Source: Adineta vaga
Lineage: Eukaryota > Animalia > Rotifera
Length of the DNA: 64,000 nt
Reading direction: 5' to 3'
Assembly (NCBI GenBank): GCA_021613535.1
Contig: CP075493.1
Span: 8,680,001-8,744,000 of the forward strand
Position numbers and translations under genes: made by a program. Positions 24,011 through 37,749 of this stretch are shown in pieces (the first letter of the stretch is position 1; each line of letters begins with the position of its first letter). Below the pieces are notes generated by a model that saw nothing but the letters and a program-made list of their open reading frames with translations, ran no database searches and was not told the DNA's origin.

Positions 24011-27000
24011 TTATTTTAGAAAATAACTGATTGCTGCATCTTCAGTTTGTTGTTGTTGTCGATCGAGACATCGTTCTGCTGCATGTTCAGTTAGAGATAA
24101 TACTGATTGAAGAGTTTCTTTGGAAAATAACTGCAAAGATATTTTGATAAGAAAAAGCATTCTAAATAGAAATAATTGAATAAATCTTACTGAATAAAGT
24201 TGTTGTTTTCGACTGTCAGATAGAAATACAATCAAACGAAATGTTTCTTGTTCTTCTTTAATCAAATCAAATATACGAAATAGATTACAAGCTAACATTG
24301 GAATACATTTATGACGTAGAAAAGACATTTCAATTTGACGATTTTCATGATCTGGTAATGCTTGATGAACATTCTATCAATATAAAAGTATAATAGAAGG
24401 ACAAATAGAAATCTAAATAGAACTACCGTGCTATCAACTAGCCAACCTTGTGGATAATCAAAAACTTCATAACTAGCTTTAATAACTATGGGTAGATAAG
24501 CTTGATCATCACGCCCAGAAGTAGATGTACTGTCTCGTTGTTGTTTTTGATGCATTTCAGACCAACGTTGAATGGCTTCAATAGCCGCCTGAATTATAGA
24601 AGAAGAAAAAGTCAAATCAACAATAGGCAAAAGTTATGTATATGATAATAGATGAGAAAAGGCATTTGATGGTAAAAAATACTCTCTAAATCATTGAGGA
24701 TCCTATCTTCTAGTCTATATTCTTACTATATAAGCACCAAATGCTTTAAATTCTCGTAGATCATCACCGGCTTGTTGACGATTATTTGCTTCGATCTAAA
24801 CTTTCCAATTTCGATTATAATTTCAAGTAAAATATTTTGCGTAACATACAGTATGAAAATCGATATCATGTGGAAAATATGATAGAGCAATTCGTATTCC
24901 TTCATATTTCGCTTCATTAAGAAAATATCGACAAATTCGATTAGCAAAACGAAGTGCATCTAATGTTTGTGTCGATAGAAATGTTGTTAATAATTTCAAT
25001 GCTTCTAACTGTTTTTGATCATTCTATATTAGAGAAAACATATGATATGTTTGTTTTGTTGTTTTTTTTTTGAAAAAATAATGTATGAATACTTCATGAA
25101 GATCTTTCGAATTTGTACTTATAATTTCTTCTGTACTGTTTTTATCGAATGCATGTTCTCGTTGTTGATTAGCAGCAAGTTTTAATAATGATGTATCAAT
25201 ATCAATTTTATACGTAAAACCTTGTTTTAAATAATATTCTTTATCTTGCCGATTTGCTAATGTATCCAAAAATGTTGCCATTAATGTAGCTAAATGAAAT
25301 TCAGAAATAAAATTGCAATGAAATTATTCATTTTCTTCTTACATTGATTATGTACGGGTAATTTCGAGATATAATAACAAACAAGATCTTTAAATTCTAA
25401 TTCAATTAAATGATGAATGTAGGTCGTTAAAATTTCGATAAAATTTTTCTGATTAAAACTTTCCGAATGATTTTGTTCGTATAAAAATAGACATATATGT
25501 GTAGAAAAACGTAATAAACTTCCATTGAATTCGTTAGTATGTAAAAATGAAAGTATACTATCGAATAAACGATTGTAATTCGCAAGAATTAAATATTTTT
25601 CTATTTGATTAAATGGTAGTAAAGCTTCATCACGAATATGACTTGGACAACCGGCAAGAATTTCATCAAAGATTGTTGTCATTTTGAATTGATGACCTGC
25701 AAATTCATTGATGGAAAAGACACGATGCTTTTCAATATCATTTAATTCATTCTGATGAGCATATCTAGAAATATAGAATACGAAATTTCTAAGAAATCGA
25801 TTTCATATTAAATAAATTTACACAAGTATTTGATGAATTTCTTGTTCAATATAGCATGAAGTATAAGCCCAAAGATAATCACTATAGGTTTTACAAACTG
25901 GTATTAAAGCTTCAATTCGACCACATAAAAGACCATAGATTGCACGTTCGTATAGTTTTAGACGCATCTAAACGAAGATTCGTTGAATTGAGAAAACAAA
26001 AATGTTCGATAGCCTTAGATACGAACATGAGATTAGAACGAAACTTACGTCCATACATAATTCATACATATTTTCAATCCATTGAATTCGTTTTTGATTT
26101 CCTTCAACTGGATAAACGAAGTCACTTGTTTCTGAACAATAATAATTCTCATCATGATATAATTCATTGGCACATAATATCGCTGCTAACCAATGATAAC
26201 CAGTGGATTTACATAAGTTTTTTGCCTTTAAATGAGAAAGAAAGAAAGAAAGAAAGAAAATGATTATTGAAAACAAATTTTCATATTTACTTTCGAATAT
26301 TCTCCCACACGTAATAATGAAAAGACAATTTGTAATAAATCATTTTCTTCTTGTTCATCTGTATCACAGAGACGACGTTTTTGTTTATGAGTTGCATCAA
26401 AATCCTATTCGAATACATTCGTATCATCATCATAATCATCATCATACGTCTTTAGAATTGATTCTTACCAAACAAGTTACATATGGATTTGGAAGTTTAG
26501 AATTATATGATGATTTAAGAAAATGACATGTTTTTTCCCTGAATAATCAGAACGAATGAACAGAAATCAATATGTGAATGAATTATAACAAACCAATAGA
26601 TTCTTTTGGGTTCTAATCTTGCCATAGACATTTTTAAATCTGTCTGATAATGTTCATCATTTTTGATTGTTTGTAACCATCCTTGAACAGCTTTAGCCAT
26701 TCGTAATTCAGCATCATTGAGAAGATGATGTTCGACAATTAATTGATCACTACTGCCAGGAATCTATGTATATACGTAAATTCAATCGATCAAAATTTAT
26801 CAACTAATTCTTACCACATCAGGAAGATCTTGTCGAGTATTGTTTAATGTATCACGTGCTCGATTCCATAGAAGCCAACTATCACGTTCGATTTGTAACA
26901 TACGAATATTTCGAGATAATTGTCTATGTATATATATATATGTATAAATATGAAATTAAAAAATATTATATAGTTTCATACGGTTGTCGACCAGTTCGGA

Positions 27001-27452
27001 AAGCAATTGGATGAGAAATTTCTGCTTCTGAACAACATTTTTGACAATTTAAAGTCATCATTTCAACCCAACTACTCCAATCTTGTGTGACTTCTGAATC
27101 CGCTAATGCTTGAGCATATAGTTTATACAATTGTTGTTCCGCTAAAATGAAATCGATTGTTTCATTCGCAATTTATTCTTCTTCTTTATATTTCATACAT
27201 TTCGTAACACATGGAATATTTTTTGATGAACGTATTGTTGTATCATTCATTGGTGACCACTAGAACAATACAATTGAAATCAAAATACATTAGCGTATAT
27301 ACAAATCACTTACATTTGTTGTTCGTGTTAATCGTGTACTTTCCAGTGGTTGACAAAAGCTTCCATCAATAACTAAATAAATCGATGAACAAATACTTTC
27401 ATAATCATAATTAATTACCTGTACTTTCCACATTCATCATTGATTCACTCAT
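24011..27452 (-). CDS. NUP107: Nuclear pore complex protein Nup107
   Basis: ERDSWLLWN, KAVQGWLQ, NSKDV...LDPDATHKQKRRL, YVGRISK, YERAIYGLLCG, YPQGWLVDS and LRHKCIP across many exons. Confidence 0.87.
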
Positions 27453-27696
27453 GATGTTAACAAAATGCTTTCACTTATTCTATTTTGTTTTTTTTTCTGA
27501 AAAATGTGTAATAAAATTTCGAGAAATTATTAAGAAAAAATGATAAATGATTTCCATTGCAACAGAAAAATGATTTTCAAATTCTAATCAAATAAAGAGA
27601 AAAAAAAACAAATCACACAGCAAAGAAAGTAAATATATCAGAGATCTGATACTGAGTATAAATGATGTTATAGCAAAAAGAAGAAAAAAAAATTCA

Positions 27697-30097
27697 TCAA
27701 ACAGATTGCTTATTTCCAAACCAAAAAGATTCAACAAGGCTTTTTAATTGAGCACCATAAGTCTACAAATAAAGAAGAACAACAAAACATTCAAAGTTCT
27801 AATGTCATGATCTTTATTAGAAAACGTTCTCCATCATTGTCACCACAGGAAGTAACTCTCATTACTTCTGACATAATTAGAAAACAATGCCTTACTTTAG
27901 ATGTTTCAATTTGTTTAGCTGCTTGTGGATGAGCATCAATACATTTTTGATAACGTAACTAAAACGTATATAAAAGAGTTAAAACTTAATTACTGATCTT
28001 CATTACTTTGCAAGCAGCTTCAATATTTTTACAAAGTTGAACAGACGATGGTAAACAATGAAAAACATGACATTTGAATGAATTATCAGCACAATGTATA
28101 ATTATTCCACAGAAACTTAATTTAAAAGAAAAAAACAAATGTTATTATGAAAATGAATGAAAAATTAGAAAAATAATTACGCTGGATCTTTTCCAACACC
28201 AAGAAATGATAAATAACGGATGCGACAATCAAATAATTGTTCCTTTGAGTCCTAAGACAACAAAACATAAGCTTGAAGTGATAATTAATTTTGAAGAATT
28301 TACATTATCTGAAGAAATTGTAAATGATGATGGTGAAATATTCACAACAACGGGAAGCCATTTATCGTCAGGAACTGTTGTTGATACTCTATCAATAGCT
28401 GGCCGAAGAATATCCATTCCACCCGGTTTTTCAACATAAACACAACCCAAATAAGTACATGGTAGATTATTCATTGTCTCTTCTATTGGAGTTGGAAACG
28501 AAACTAAAACAAATCGTTAATTAAGAAATAAATTCATTTTTATAAACTAATCACTCTTACTAGTTGTTCCATCATTTGAAGAAGATTCTACAAATAATTT
28601 TGATCTATCGAGAAAAAAAAAGAAAACATGATTCTTTCATTTTTTTACTGATTCTTTTTCGTTATTTAATACCGTCGATGTATAGATAAATCATCATTTG
28701 TAATTTCTGTTGTTTCATTTAATAATCCTCGTTCAATCATTAAATTTCGACAGATATCACGTAGTGTATTGGCAATTAGTTTTGCTGATGCGTTATCACA
28801 TCGAAAAACATGACATTTATAAATTCGAGCAGATCGATCTTTATCTTTAGCAACATACGCAAAGTCTCTGCAAGAAAATCGAAGCATACATGATGTTCTA
28901 TCGTCGGAAAAACAAATCAAACCTCGAATTTTCTCTTCCAACACCCCAAACTCGAATAGAGGGAATTGCTTGTTTATGTAAAATAGTCATTTCACTTGGA
29001 TCAATCAAAAGTATATCAGTATTGTTTATATCCATATAAAGATCTTTTCCTTCGCCCCATCGACCAATACCGTCATTTATTCCACGTGTTAACTCATGAA
29101 TACAACGGTTCACAGTACGACTACTTCGTTCAGTAGTTAAATCTTCTTCATCAACAACTGTCCAACCAAGAGAACGAACATAAAAACGATGCTGTTGAGT
29201 TGTGTCATCGGACGTCTAAATTCAATGAAGATTTATTAAAACTTGAATCTTAGAAACCTTAGATCAAGTCTTGCATTCGAACAGTACATTGAGTATACTG
29301 CAGTTCAGTAGCATAGCGAAAAAAAAGTTCCGAAATAAACTAATAAAATCCGACCGAATACTTTAGTCAAGGTTACCGGATGTTTGAAAATGATGTAAAA
29401 GTATTTCCGACATTGGCTAGTTCCGGAAGCACTTAAACCTAAGTATCTACAACATTAAAACTTTCAAAAAACTCTCATTTTGACTGTATTGAATCTCATT
29501 TAAAATAACGGATAGATAAGAAATTCTACATCATTTGTCAAAGATGAAACATCAGTATTAATAACAAATTTTAGGCAATCATTTCTTTACTTTAATTGAA
29601 GGACTGGAGTCACTTTTATGCAGTACTGAATTGGAATCAAAACATGCATCGTTCAATGATGATGATGACGATGATGAAAATGTCGATGAAGGAGAATCAA
29701 GAATTAATTCTGGACGTTCACGTGTAACTGTTCCAGTTCGTTTATGCCAATAATAAACACCTTGTTCATCTAAAAGAAAATGATTATTTTTTCCAATGAG
29801 GTTATTAGTGATGTATTAAGAAATTCTACCTTCAAAACGTTCCCATCCAGACGGAAGATTTGTATCGTCAGTCATCTAAGAAGAAAAGGAAAGATCTTTA
29901 TAAAAATCCTTAATCATTTGAAATACAGACCAGTGCTGTTTGTTCTAGATTCATTTGTATTCCACTATCAGTTGATACAGTTGGTGAAGAAATATCCGAC
30001 TTTCTATATAAAAATAAATACACACAGATTATATTAGATTTAAAGAAAAATATAAACTAAATTCTTACCGATTTAACTGACATTCATTCATACTCAT
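27697..30097 (-). CDS. Fe65/APBB-family adaptor (WW-PTB-PTB)
   Basis: WW domain LPSGWERFE..QGVYYWHKRTGTVTRERPE. PTB1 FYVRSLGW...IRVWGVGRENSRDFAYVAKD...KCHVFRCD. PTB2 CTYLG...EKPGGMDILRPAI...LRYQKCIDAHP. Confidence 0.92.
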
Positions 30098-30433
30098 AAC
30101 TGAAAATATCAAATAACATTTTTCCTATTAGTCTTTTTTCTGTATACAAATATCTTACTTTCTCAATAGCAACATGCGAACAAGACAAGAATAACTTATG
30201 ATTATCGACATGCGGTTGGAATGTTATTGGCGCTACATTCAAAGCAATCATATGTATTGTAGATAGCGCTCGATACTAACAATGAAGAAGCTTCTTTTAT
30301 TTTACATAGTCAACATACATATCGATATTGAATTGATCGTCTCAGTTGATTGTAAAGATCATGTTCAAAATGCACAATAATTTATTATTTCTTTAGCAAA
30401 AAAAAAATAGTCAAAGCTATAGTTTTATTTGGT

Positions 30434-32790
30434 CTAAGCATCCGAAGCATTGGAGGTGGTTTTCTTCTCATCAGTTGATTTTGGTTTATGAAAACTAATA
30501 GACGGTAAAGGATTCGACATTGTCGATAAGGGATTAGAAATTGATAGCGGTAATTTTGGAATGTCTGGCATTGGTTGTTTACGAATAACTCGAATCATTG
30601 CTGCTAGAAGAATACCTAGAAGAAGACCAACAAGTATGCCACCGATGATAGCACCAGCTTCGGCATTACTTGAATAGGTTTCTTTAATCACTTGTTTACC
30701 AACTGCATGTGAAGACATGAATTCTTTTGAACCTTTCAATGAATCTCGAACAGCTTGAAAATGAACTGATGAAGTCGTATCATCAAGTAATTTCATGATG
30801 AATTCAAATTTTCCATCATTAATAGCTTTTTCCAGACGACTTCGACTTTGATTCGCTCGAGGTTCATTATCAGCAACACCACTCGGTGAGTCAGGCGCTG
30901 GTGATGGGCCAAGTAATGTAAATAAAACAGTTATTTCATTAGTTTTGTCTTCATGATCAACTTGAACTTCTGATACACGTGAATATCTTGTGTCCATATG
31001 ATAAACTAAATTAGTATGAATTTGTCGTTCTAATAAACGTCGATCTAAATGATTTCCATCTACAGTTTTACCATCACTAACTTGAAGTTTAAAACCCAAA
31101 TGTAAATAATCATAATGAAGTGAACGATAACATAAACTTGTATCGAAATCACGCGGATTCGATTCGGGAGACATTTCATAGAATTCATATTCAATTTCTT
31201 CTGTACGTAAATTATTTATAGATGGATTTGCTTGATCATTGAATCGATACATTCTTAGAAATAAATAGACAGGATAATCAAAATGTTTGCTTCTTTCCGA
31301 AGGTGGTCGTGCATAAGGTGCACGTATTGACCAACCATATTCGATCGATGTTGCTGCCCATGAATCGCCACTTGGTTTGCCTGTATCAACATCAACAATG
31401 GGAGGAAAATTATCAACTGAACTTGTTACTGATGCACATCGAATAGCATCACCGCGACATGCTAAAATGATTAGAAGACAAAGAAGAATAATCGAATGAT
31501 GTTATGAAATATGAAAGTTTTTCTTACATCGAAGTCCATTAAATTCCCAAATTCTTTCTCGTTCACGATAGATAAATCGACGTTCATTTTTAATAAAAAA
31601 ACCAATTGGATCACGAATAGGATCAACATCAGGATATTCAACGCCACGACTAATTTTACATGTACCAATACTATGATCAATAGTATATGTTAAATTATCA
31701 CCAAAATCATGTATAATTGATTGATAATGTTCTGATCCAGGTGGAAGAAAATCATAATGAATACGTCGTGGGCCACGTTCGGGATGATCATAACGTAAAT
31801 GAAATCGTTGCCATTCTGCTGAACGTGATGTAGATGCTTCTACACGAACAGTAAATCGATCAGGCCATGTAATACCAGCATCACGAAGAGAGATTAAATT
31901 TTGACCAAAACCACTATCACAAAAGACACCTTTAGGTGGAGATAATTGATCATTACTTTCCATAATACCAGGTCGATAAGTATGGACATTGAAGATTTCA
32001 TCAAATTCTACTGCTTCAGTTCCGTTTGGAAAAGAAATAGAAGCATTAATTATTGCTTGAATTGGTACTGCTAAATCGCCAACAACACCTGTGGGTAATA
32101 TATAACCTTTTTGAGCGAATGACCATAAACGTCGAACAGTTCGAAATTGAGTTTTATCGACTATGCATGTTTCCCATTGATCAACTGGTATACCACGTAC
32201 TATTGATTGACCTACAAACTGTGGTCGAATTTCTGGTCGTCGTGGATCATTACTTGAAAAGAGAAGAAATTCATTCAATGGACGAATATGCCAAGTATCA
32301 TTTGCTCCTTTGATAGCCGATGTTCCATCTAAATAAGATAATGCGGAAAATACAATAGACAATTTTAAATAAAGATCATTTTCATATACATACCCATATC
32401 AAGATCAGTAGTGATATCACTAACAAGACATAATTCTCGACGAAGATATGTTGATTTTTTCAAAGCTTCATAATAGAAATATTCAACATCGATAATACCT
32501 TGAGAGTTTTTAATTAAAATTAATTTATTTGCATCATAATCATACAAATATTGATACATTGTTAATTCACTTGGTTGCGTTTGATCCAAGATATGTTTAA
32601 TTTCGATTCTTTCTAATGCAAATTCGGCCTGACGTGGAAATACAGGTAAGGGTCTAACGACGGGCGATGGAGTCGTTGGATTGACTGTACATACTTTTGG
32701 GTCACCATTCCAGTCAGTTACAATAGGATCTTGTGCATAATATCTTGAGATACATAAAACGAGCAAACAGAATATTAGATATTGTTTCAT
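30434..32790 (-). CDS. Type I membrane protein with LolA/ependymin-like repeats, uncharacterised
   Basis: Signal peptide MKQYLIFCLLVLC. Repeated IVRGIPVDQWETC / CRGDAIRC and IIHDFGDNLTYTIDHSIGTC segments. Single TM helix AIIGGILVGLLLGILLAAMI and a short cytosolic tail. Three exons. Confidence 0.6.
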
Positions 32791-33736
32791 TTTTAACTCA
32801 AAATGAAGAATTAGAAATTTTCGGAATATATATACATATATATATATAATTTCAATAGATTAGAAGTAAAATAAGAAAATTGATAAGATAAGAGACATTC
32901 ACTACAAGTATGAAGAAAAAAAGAGACAACAAACGTGGAAGAGTTTCAACAAGATTTCTGTTGTTGTACGAAGATAAGACATGCAAATTTCTAAAATCTT
33001 TTATTTATAGATTGTTATAATCATTCTACATGATTTGATCTTTGTTATTTTCGAATTCATGATTTTATTTTGATATGATCTTATTCTAACTATTAATCTT
33101 GGTCTAATTAATTCATTCCATAAACACTAACAATAGATATTAATAATTAAAACAAGACAATGTTTTGATCATCGAGAATGATTTGAGTCGAAGAAAAACA
33201 AATGGTTGCCATACATAGACAATTGAAAAGGTCGTCGATAGCAATCGATGATTAAAGCCATAACAGTTTTTTCACGTACTATGACTAGACTTAATTGACT
33301 CTCTGGTGTAGAGATTGTCCTTGAGTAGAGAAGAAAAAACAGATAATGTTTTTCTCTCGATAGGAACTAATTTCTTTGGTTTTAGTCAAAGACTAGAAGA
33401 GATACATTTGCTTTTTTCTTTCTTTCTTTCTTTCTAAAATAAATGTATAACTTATTTTCAAATGAGAAAAACGAGAAAACAGGATTATTATAGATACATA
33501 GTAATCCAAACGATGAAACAAGATGAGAAAAAAATAGATAATAGTCGGAATAGATACAAGTAAGAGCAAAGATGGCAAGAATATAAGAAATAGAAACAAG
33601 GGTATTTATAAAGGAACGGTTGACGGAAAAACAATGTCTGTATGAAATTGTATTTTGGAACAAAGAAAAAACGAAAATATTTTCGAGGTTCTGTTTTTCT
33701 TCATAATACGGAATTGAATACGATGGAAATATCTTT

Positions 33737-35143
33737 TTATGGCCACAAATGAGTTTGTTTGAGATTTGTTTCATAACATAACTCATTTCTGCCTGTTGTT
33801 GCTGTATACAGAATAGGTTCCTGTTTAATAACATTTCGACATACTGGCTGTGTTTGCTGTTGTAGTTGTTGTTGTTGTTGTTGGCCAGTTAATACAATTG
33901 AATTAGGACTATTAGTTAACATAATTGTTTGTCCCGTACCAATATTTGTTGTTTGACAATCTCGATTAATTAAACTAAATCGAATTATTTCAATGACATT
34001 TATATTGTTTTCTTTTCTCGAACAGATGCAAGTTATATTTACTTTATAGGTATAGCCGATGAACTATTGTTTGTCGTCGTAACGACAGTTGCATTTGTTA
34101 ACGATGCTAGAAAATTTGACGTTAATTGTGAAGCAAGTGCATTGATATCAATTGATGAAACACTCATATCCGGACCAACTAAATATGTTTCAAGATGAAA
34201 TCTTTTTAATGAGTAAAAATGAATTTTTACCCGTCATAATACGACCAATATTTGTTGTTGTTGGTTGTTGAGTAATAAAATTGTTCATTGATACAGGTGT
34301 CGATTGTATTACCTAAGAAGAATCAAATGTGATCTACTTCATTGTTTCATTTTTATCTCATATATTTACATGCGTTGAATTCGAATGAAGATTAGAATTA
34401 TTGGAAATATTATTTCCATATTGATTGACATCAACAGATTTCGGAATCGGATAAATGGGAATGTGATTTGATGTTGTTGAATTTGTTGATAGAAATTTAT
34501 CACCTGATGGTGATGTTAAATATTGAAAATCGGGTAGAACTGTTGTTGTTGTTGTTGTTGTTACATTGTTGTTGTTATTGAGGAATGTCATATCATGGCT
34601 ATTGTTAGTTGATGAAGAACAACTGAGATTGCTATGTATAAGAAACTGGAAAAGAATGATAAATAATGATGAATCTGTAACATAAATGACATATACATAC
34701 GCTGTTAACACTATCCGAATATGTTTGTTCATTACTTTCATCATGTTCTTCAAGCATTTCAGTATCTTCACTACTACCACTTGCAATTGCTTTTATTGTT
34801 GGATGTTTTTTATTTAAAATCTATTTTATTTTCAAAAAATAAAATAAAAATAAAAACTGATCAATCGCTGATATTCTCTACTTACATCGATAATATCAAC
34901 ATTAGTACATGATTCATGTGGTTCGTTATATTCGGCATATTTTAATAAAACCTTATTGATATCAGATGATGCATATTGAAATAGACGATCATTGCTATTA
35001 AATATCATTAATGCTATTTCACAACCACATAGAACAGATAATTCATATGCTTTTTTCATTAAACCAAATTTTCGTTTAGTAAATGTTACTTGACGTGTAC
35101 GTTCATCATTAATTCGTGTAATATTAATCTTTTTTCGACCCAT
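33737..35143 (-). CDS. MEF2: MEF2-type MADS-box transcription factor
   Basis: [50 protein letters not shown]...[13 protein letters not shown], followed by N/T/Q-rich C-terminal exons. Confidence 0.95.
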
Positions 35144-36569
35144 GATTTTTTTTGGTGATGTATTCTTGTTATTAGTAGGGTGTTTGGTTTTAAATGATGT
35201 GTTATTATTATCGTGTAACATACTCAAGTATGGATGAAAGATATTGAATTTTACGTTTGAAAACTCGTTGTTAATTGTCAAATTAACAGTAATAAGAATC
35301 TTGGTGCATAACCAAAATAGTTTTGTTCTTATTTAAACAAAACAAAAAAAAATTAAAGAAAACATTAAGATTAATAGCTAAAAGGAATCGTCATCATGAT
35401 CTCATAACCTAAGATAAATGAGCGCAAGGACGAAGCCTTGACATTTTGTCAGTATGAACAGATAGGCGAATCTGAGCATATCAACTCGTAATCATATCCT
35501 TGCCTATAAGGATAACTCTTGAAAAAAAATCTATCAATTTAATATTCTAGCTTTCTTTTCTTTCTCTCTCTCTATTTGAAATTCATTCGATTAATTAGAT
35601 CTTTATATAGATTCACTTGATAACATATGTGAAAATATAAGTGTCTAAGACAAACGACAAGTATATGATGTTTATTTTTACTCGCTTTAATCAATACATA
35701 GATTCTGCTGTCTTTTTCTTTGTATCTATGTGGTTTGGAAGAGAATTACAAGATAGATCTACTTACTTATTAGAATAGAATCGTTTTAGCAAACACACAA
35801 ACGCAAATAAACGATGATGCCTCAAAAATTTATCTTGCTCCCTTTGCGCTCGGCGAACCAGAATCAGAAAGACAGATGGCTTGTATATATACGTATATCA
35901 TCTCTCTCTCTCTCTCTTCTCTCCGCTCTTTCTTTGTATTATTCTCTCTTTTTTCTTTCGCTATCTCTCTTTCTCCTACATATCCGTACAGAATAACACC
36001 CATTGCGCCCTCACGCGTACTACTTGTTTTATGGATAATTCGACAAACAGAATCGGGGGCGTTATACATTATGATCTTACGCGTTGTCGTTCGAGATACG
36101 TCATTGAATATAAGAGGAAAAGAAAATGACGATGATGATGATGATGAAAAACAGACACACATATATATATATGCATTAGAAAAGCCAAGAGAACAGAGGT
36201 AACACAATTGTCTTTCATTTTCTATCGACAACTTCCTTTTCTTTTCTCCACTCAACATCCATTTTCAAGTCAATTAGAAGCGTATGCATATGAAGATGAA
36301 CTACTAAGCTATTATCATATTATTTCCTTTCGTCTACGTGATAAAACAAATGCCTTAGAATATCACGCCTAGTTATCAATCAGACATTAAAACTATCATC
36401 AACAGTTGTTAGCCAAAAGCAAGAAGACGAAGAAAAAAAAAGATTCTCCTTTTTCCGAAATCGATTTATTATGTACAAATAAAATGATAAAAGCAAATGA
36501 ACTAGCTAATAGAAAATAATTACATCTCTAATGTTAAAATATTCAAATAGTTTCAGTTCGTTTTTCTTT

Positions 36570-37655
36570 CTATACACGTTTTTCAAATATTTCATCAAAT
36601 GGTTTAACAAAATGATGACTTTTTGTTCCACAATGTCCACATTCAAATTCGGATGAATAATTACTAAAATTAATCAAACCATCTTTGATTGAAACAATCG
36701 GTTGAAAACATTTTGAACACGATAATCGTGCTTGACAGCATGGGAATGCTGCGAATAAATCTATAGAAAGAAAATGAAATGAATAGAATGAGATAAACAA
36801 AACACTAATCAACATACCATAATAATAGAGTGTACCGAATATAATGGGATCAAAATTGAATTTAGTCTTACAGAGACGACAAAGTACATGTAATGAACGC
36901 ATCGATAGACATTCAAGACATATGCCATGTAGATACAGCTGTCGATCGTTATGATAAACAGCAACAGAGACTTTTCCATTATCACTATGTTTAATAGGAC
37001 TAAAAGATAAAAGATTGAAATTGTTTGTTATTTCTAAAAGTAACTTTCTTCGTTTCTTTGGTATGGCTTCGACTCATAAATCATTTCTTTTTCAAGAGAA
37101 GATATATCGGTCATGTCAATCTGACAATAATTACCTAAGGAAAAGTGTCCCATCAACAAGCGGATATCGATCATAAACAACCATTGATTGACCGCAAACA
37201 GTACATGCGACATCCGTACAACCAACCATAGATAATTGAGATAAAACAAAACAACGTGTTTCATCATTTCCGTAGGGACCTTCATCTTCAAGACGAATAT
37301 GTATAGCATTTCTTTTATGTAATGGAAGACGATTAAGTATAGACCAATCTTGACGATGTTCAAAGATATTTCCAGCTGCTGCATGCTTTTCATCAAATTG
37401 TGGTAAAGTACCACCACCAGTATTTCCACTACCTATAGGTGTTGTTAATGATCCAATATTACTGTTTCCACTTGAACCGCCACCTGATTTTTTGTTATGT
37501 GCTATTTGAATTCCACCACTATTATTATTGATATTTGTTAGACCTGATGGTGAACCAAATGACGATGATAAACTGCCTGAACTATGTGTTCGATAGCGTG
37601 CAGAACGTCCACCACGTGGTACATTCAACGGTTGCGAACGATCTGTATCTGTCAT
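36570..37655 (-). CDS. HECA: Headcase-family protein (middle/C-terminal Cys-rich domain)
   Basis: GNIFEHRQDWSILNRLP...HIRLEDEGPYGNDETRCFVLS, VYDRYPLVDGTLFL, GTLYYY|DLFAAFPCCQARLSC and CGHCGTKSHHFVKP. Confidence 0.88.
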
Positions 37656-37749
37656 CTGAAAATTTTCAAGCAGAAAGAAAAAGTTAACAAAACAAAACAA
37701 AACAAAGCACAAATGTTTATTTTGTTTAATAACAGAAAAAAAACAAGAA

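Noticed and set aside
29290-29450. CCGG/CCGA-rich intronic stretch as a MITE or transposon relic (similar patches near 7440-7510 and 9735-9785)
   Set aside because: No terminal inverted repeats, target-site duplication or second copy in the window.
33382-33834. Hydrophobic F/I/L-rich ORFs (also 10423-10850, 46310-46594, 56357-56721, 57409-57630)
   Set aside because: These are chance translations of T-rich UTR, intron or intergenic sequence.
35814-36258. Overlapping ORFs upstream of MEF2
   Set aside because: They arise from CT/GA and GAT microsatellites in likely promoter or leader DNA, with no protein-like content.
36540-36572. Drosophila-style stop-codon readthrough in headcase
   Set aside because: Another in-frame stop follows within a few codons and no hairpin is evident.
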